DNA from: Eledone cirrhosa | Lineage: Eukaryota | Assembly (NCBI GenBank): GCA_964016885.1 | Contig: OZ024743.1 | Coordinates: 188,914,001-188,978,000 of the forward strand | Reading direction: 5' to 3' | Length of the DNA stretch: 64,000 nucleotides | In this document: one piece after another, positions 62,138-64,000 of the stretch | Position numbering within the stretch: position 1 is the first letter of the stretch | How the letters are laid out: the number at the start of each line of letters is the position of its first letter | Made by a program: the position numbers and the translations under genes | Notes under the pieces: generated by a model | Seen by the model: only the letters and a program-made list of their open reading frames with translations | Told to the model about the DNA's origin: nothing | The model's database searches: none

Positions 62138-64000
62138 TATACATACACACACACATATACATTAATAATAATAATAATAACAACAATAATAATAACGACA
62201 ACAACAATAATAATATACATATACATATATATATATACACATACACGCTCACACATAAACATATCTATACACACACACACCCCCACGATAGCAACTAACA
62301 GCGCTGCGATCGAATGTGGCTGTTTAGCACAGCCAATGATCTAAAATGTCTTGCACAGAGTCGGCAACCAAAACATTCACTGGGAATAGTCGGCTGTGGT
62401 TGGAGTTTGTGTACTTTTGCATGTCGCTTGAGCCCTCCTGCTGATTTACATTCTCTACCACATGTTTGGCAAGCATGATGAGTAGCATCTCCAACAGCAG
62501 CCTGGTAGTCAACCACTGGTCTTACTTTATGACTGCGAAGATGACTTTCGAGTCCAGCTTTGCTTAGGCAGAGTCTCGCACAGACGCTGCATGTCAGCTC
62601 CATAGGAGGACCCTCACCGTCTGGAAGTGCAACAGCAATGCCCTTCCTCACATCCCGCTTTACTTTCTCGTGTGCGATTCGAGATGCCTCAAAGGCAACT
62701 TTTCCCTCATATACAGTCTTTCTCCATTTATTACGATCAGCAGCAATATTTTTCCATGTATCAGCAGATATGTTAGCGTCTTTCAGAGAGGCTTTCAAGG
62801 AATCCTTATACCTCTTTTTTGGTTTATGTGGCGGTCGTTTTTCTTTAACCAACTCTCCATAAAAGAGTTATTTTGGTATTCTAGAATCCTTCATTCTGGC
62901 AAGGTGACCACTCCAACGGAGTCGTTGCTTAAGCGCAAGAGCTTCTATACTGTCACACATAGAGCTTTCCTAAATCTCGACATCACTGATGTGGTCCCTC
63001 CAGTGAACGCCATGGATCCGTCTGAGACACATCTGATGGAAACGCTCCAATTGCTTAAGGTGATTTCGATATATGACCCAAGTCTCGCAGGCATAAAGAA
63101 GACAAGAGAGCATACATGCCCTGTACACCTTTACCTTTGTCCTCCTGCATATGTCTCGCCGACCCCAGAGTCGCCTTTCTAGCTTTCCGAAAGCATCACG
63201 GATGTAAACACCATGCTCGCAATTCCTGAATGCAATACAGAAAACCATTGCAAAGTATATGGCAAACAGGGTCGGTGCTGGAATATCCCCGTTTCACTCC
63301 ATTTTTTACTGAGATAGGCTCCGACATGTTACCTCCGACATTAACCCAAGCCTTCATGTCGCCATGGAAAGACCTAACTAAAGCAAGGAACTTATCAGGG
63401 CAAACATGTTTCTGGAGAACCTTCCATAATGCATCTCTGTTAACAGTATCGAAAGCTTTTGTCAGATTTACAAAAACCTGATACAGATCCAAGCCTTGTT
63501 CCATGCACTTCTCCTGGAGCTGTCTAGTTGAGAAGATCATATCAGTAGTGCCGCGTCCAGCACGAAAACCAGATTGACTTTCAGGAAGGACACAATCTGC
63601 AATGTGTGTCAGCAGACGGTCCAGAAGCACCCTACATAAAACTTTCCCTACGACAGAAAGCAATGATATACCTCTGTAGTTTCCACAATCATTCCTGTTA
63701 CGCTTTCCCTTGTACAAGACCACCATTACTGCATCTCTCCAGTCCTCAGGTACGGATTCATTAGACCATATCCTGCCAAACAAAGAGTGAAGATGTTTCA
63801 GGAGTCTCTCACTACCATATTGTAGGAGCTCAGCATGTATGCCATACATACCTGGAGATCGTCCACTGTTCAGCTTCGAAATAGCCACTGCAACCTCCAC
63901 AAGTGTCGGAGGTTCTGTGAGAGCTACTTTCACAGGATTTTCTGGAATGAGATTGAGGAAATCTTCACTGACGACAGACGGCTGATTCAAAAGATCATCA
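61955..64000 (-). mobile_element. RTE-clade LINE (second family) with three C-terminal C2H2 zinc fingers; disrupted and runs off the window edge
   Basis: NYRGISLLS, PESQSGFRAGRGTTDMIF, LTKAFDTVNR, LLYACETW, RLRWSGHLARM, KRYKDSLK; fingers CSVC..HLRSH, CQTC..HAKVH, CRLC..HIRSQ. Stops, a frameshift and an internal deletion are present. Confidence 0.92.

Overview
Eukaryotic, AT-rich, microsatellite-dense DNA. The SINE/LINE families and (TA)n arrays resemble an octopus or other coleoid genome; this is an inference. No host-gene exon could be identified. The window is a mosaic of retroelements. (1) A near full-length L1/Tx1-clade LINE with two open ORFs (52.4-57.8 kb), flanked by a duplicated ATTATTAC(TA)n target. 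(2) Four young 5'-truncated copies of one RTE family; three retain a C4HC3 PHD-type finger inserted inside the reverse transcriptase. (3) A second RTE with three C-terminal C2H2 fingers. (4) A Penelope-like element (RT + GIY-YIG) with an inverted internal duplication, plus a second GIY-YIG fragment. (5) Decayed R4/Dong-like (RLE) and CR1-like LINEs. (6) Many tRNA-derived SINEs. The most notable non-coding signal is a set of minimal type-I hammerhead ribozyme motifs (one essentially intact at 61409-61463, two near-intact, several decayed), mostly in short ORF-less islands between TA-rich arrays. There is also a cluster of long fold-back inverted repeats. Most short ORFs in the supplied track are microsatellite or antisense artefacts. 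All alignments and pairings were done by eye, and many element boundaries are approximate.
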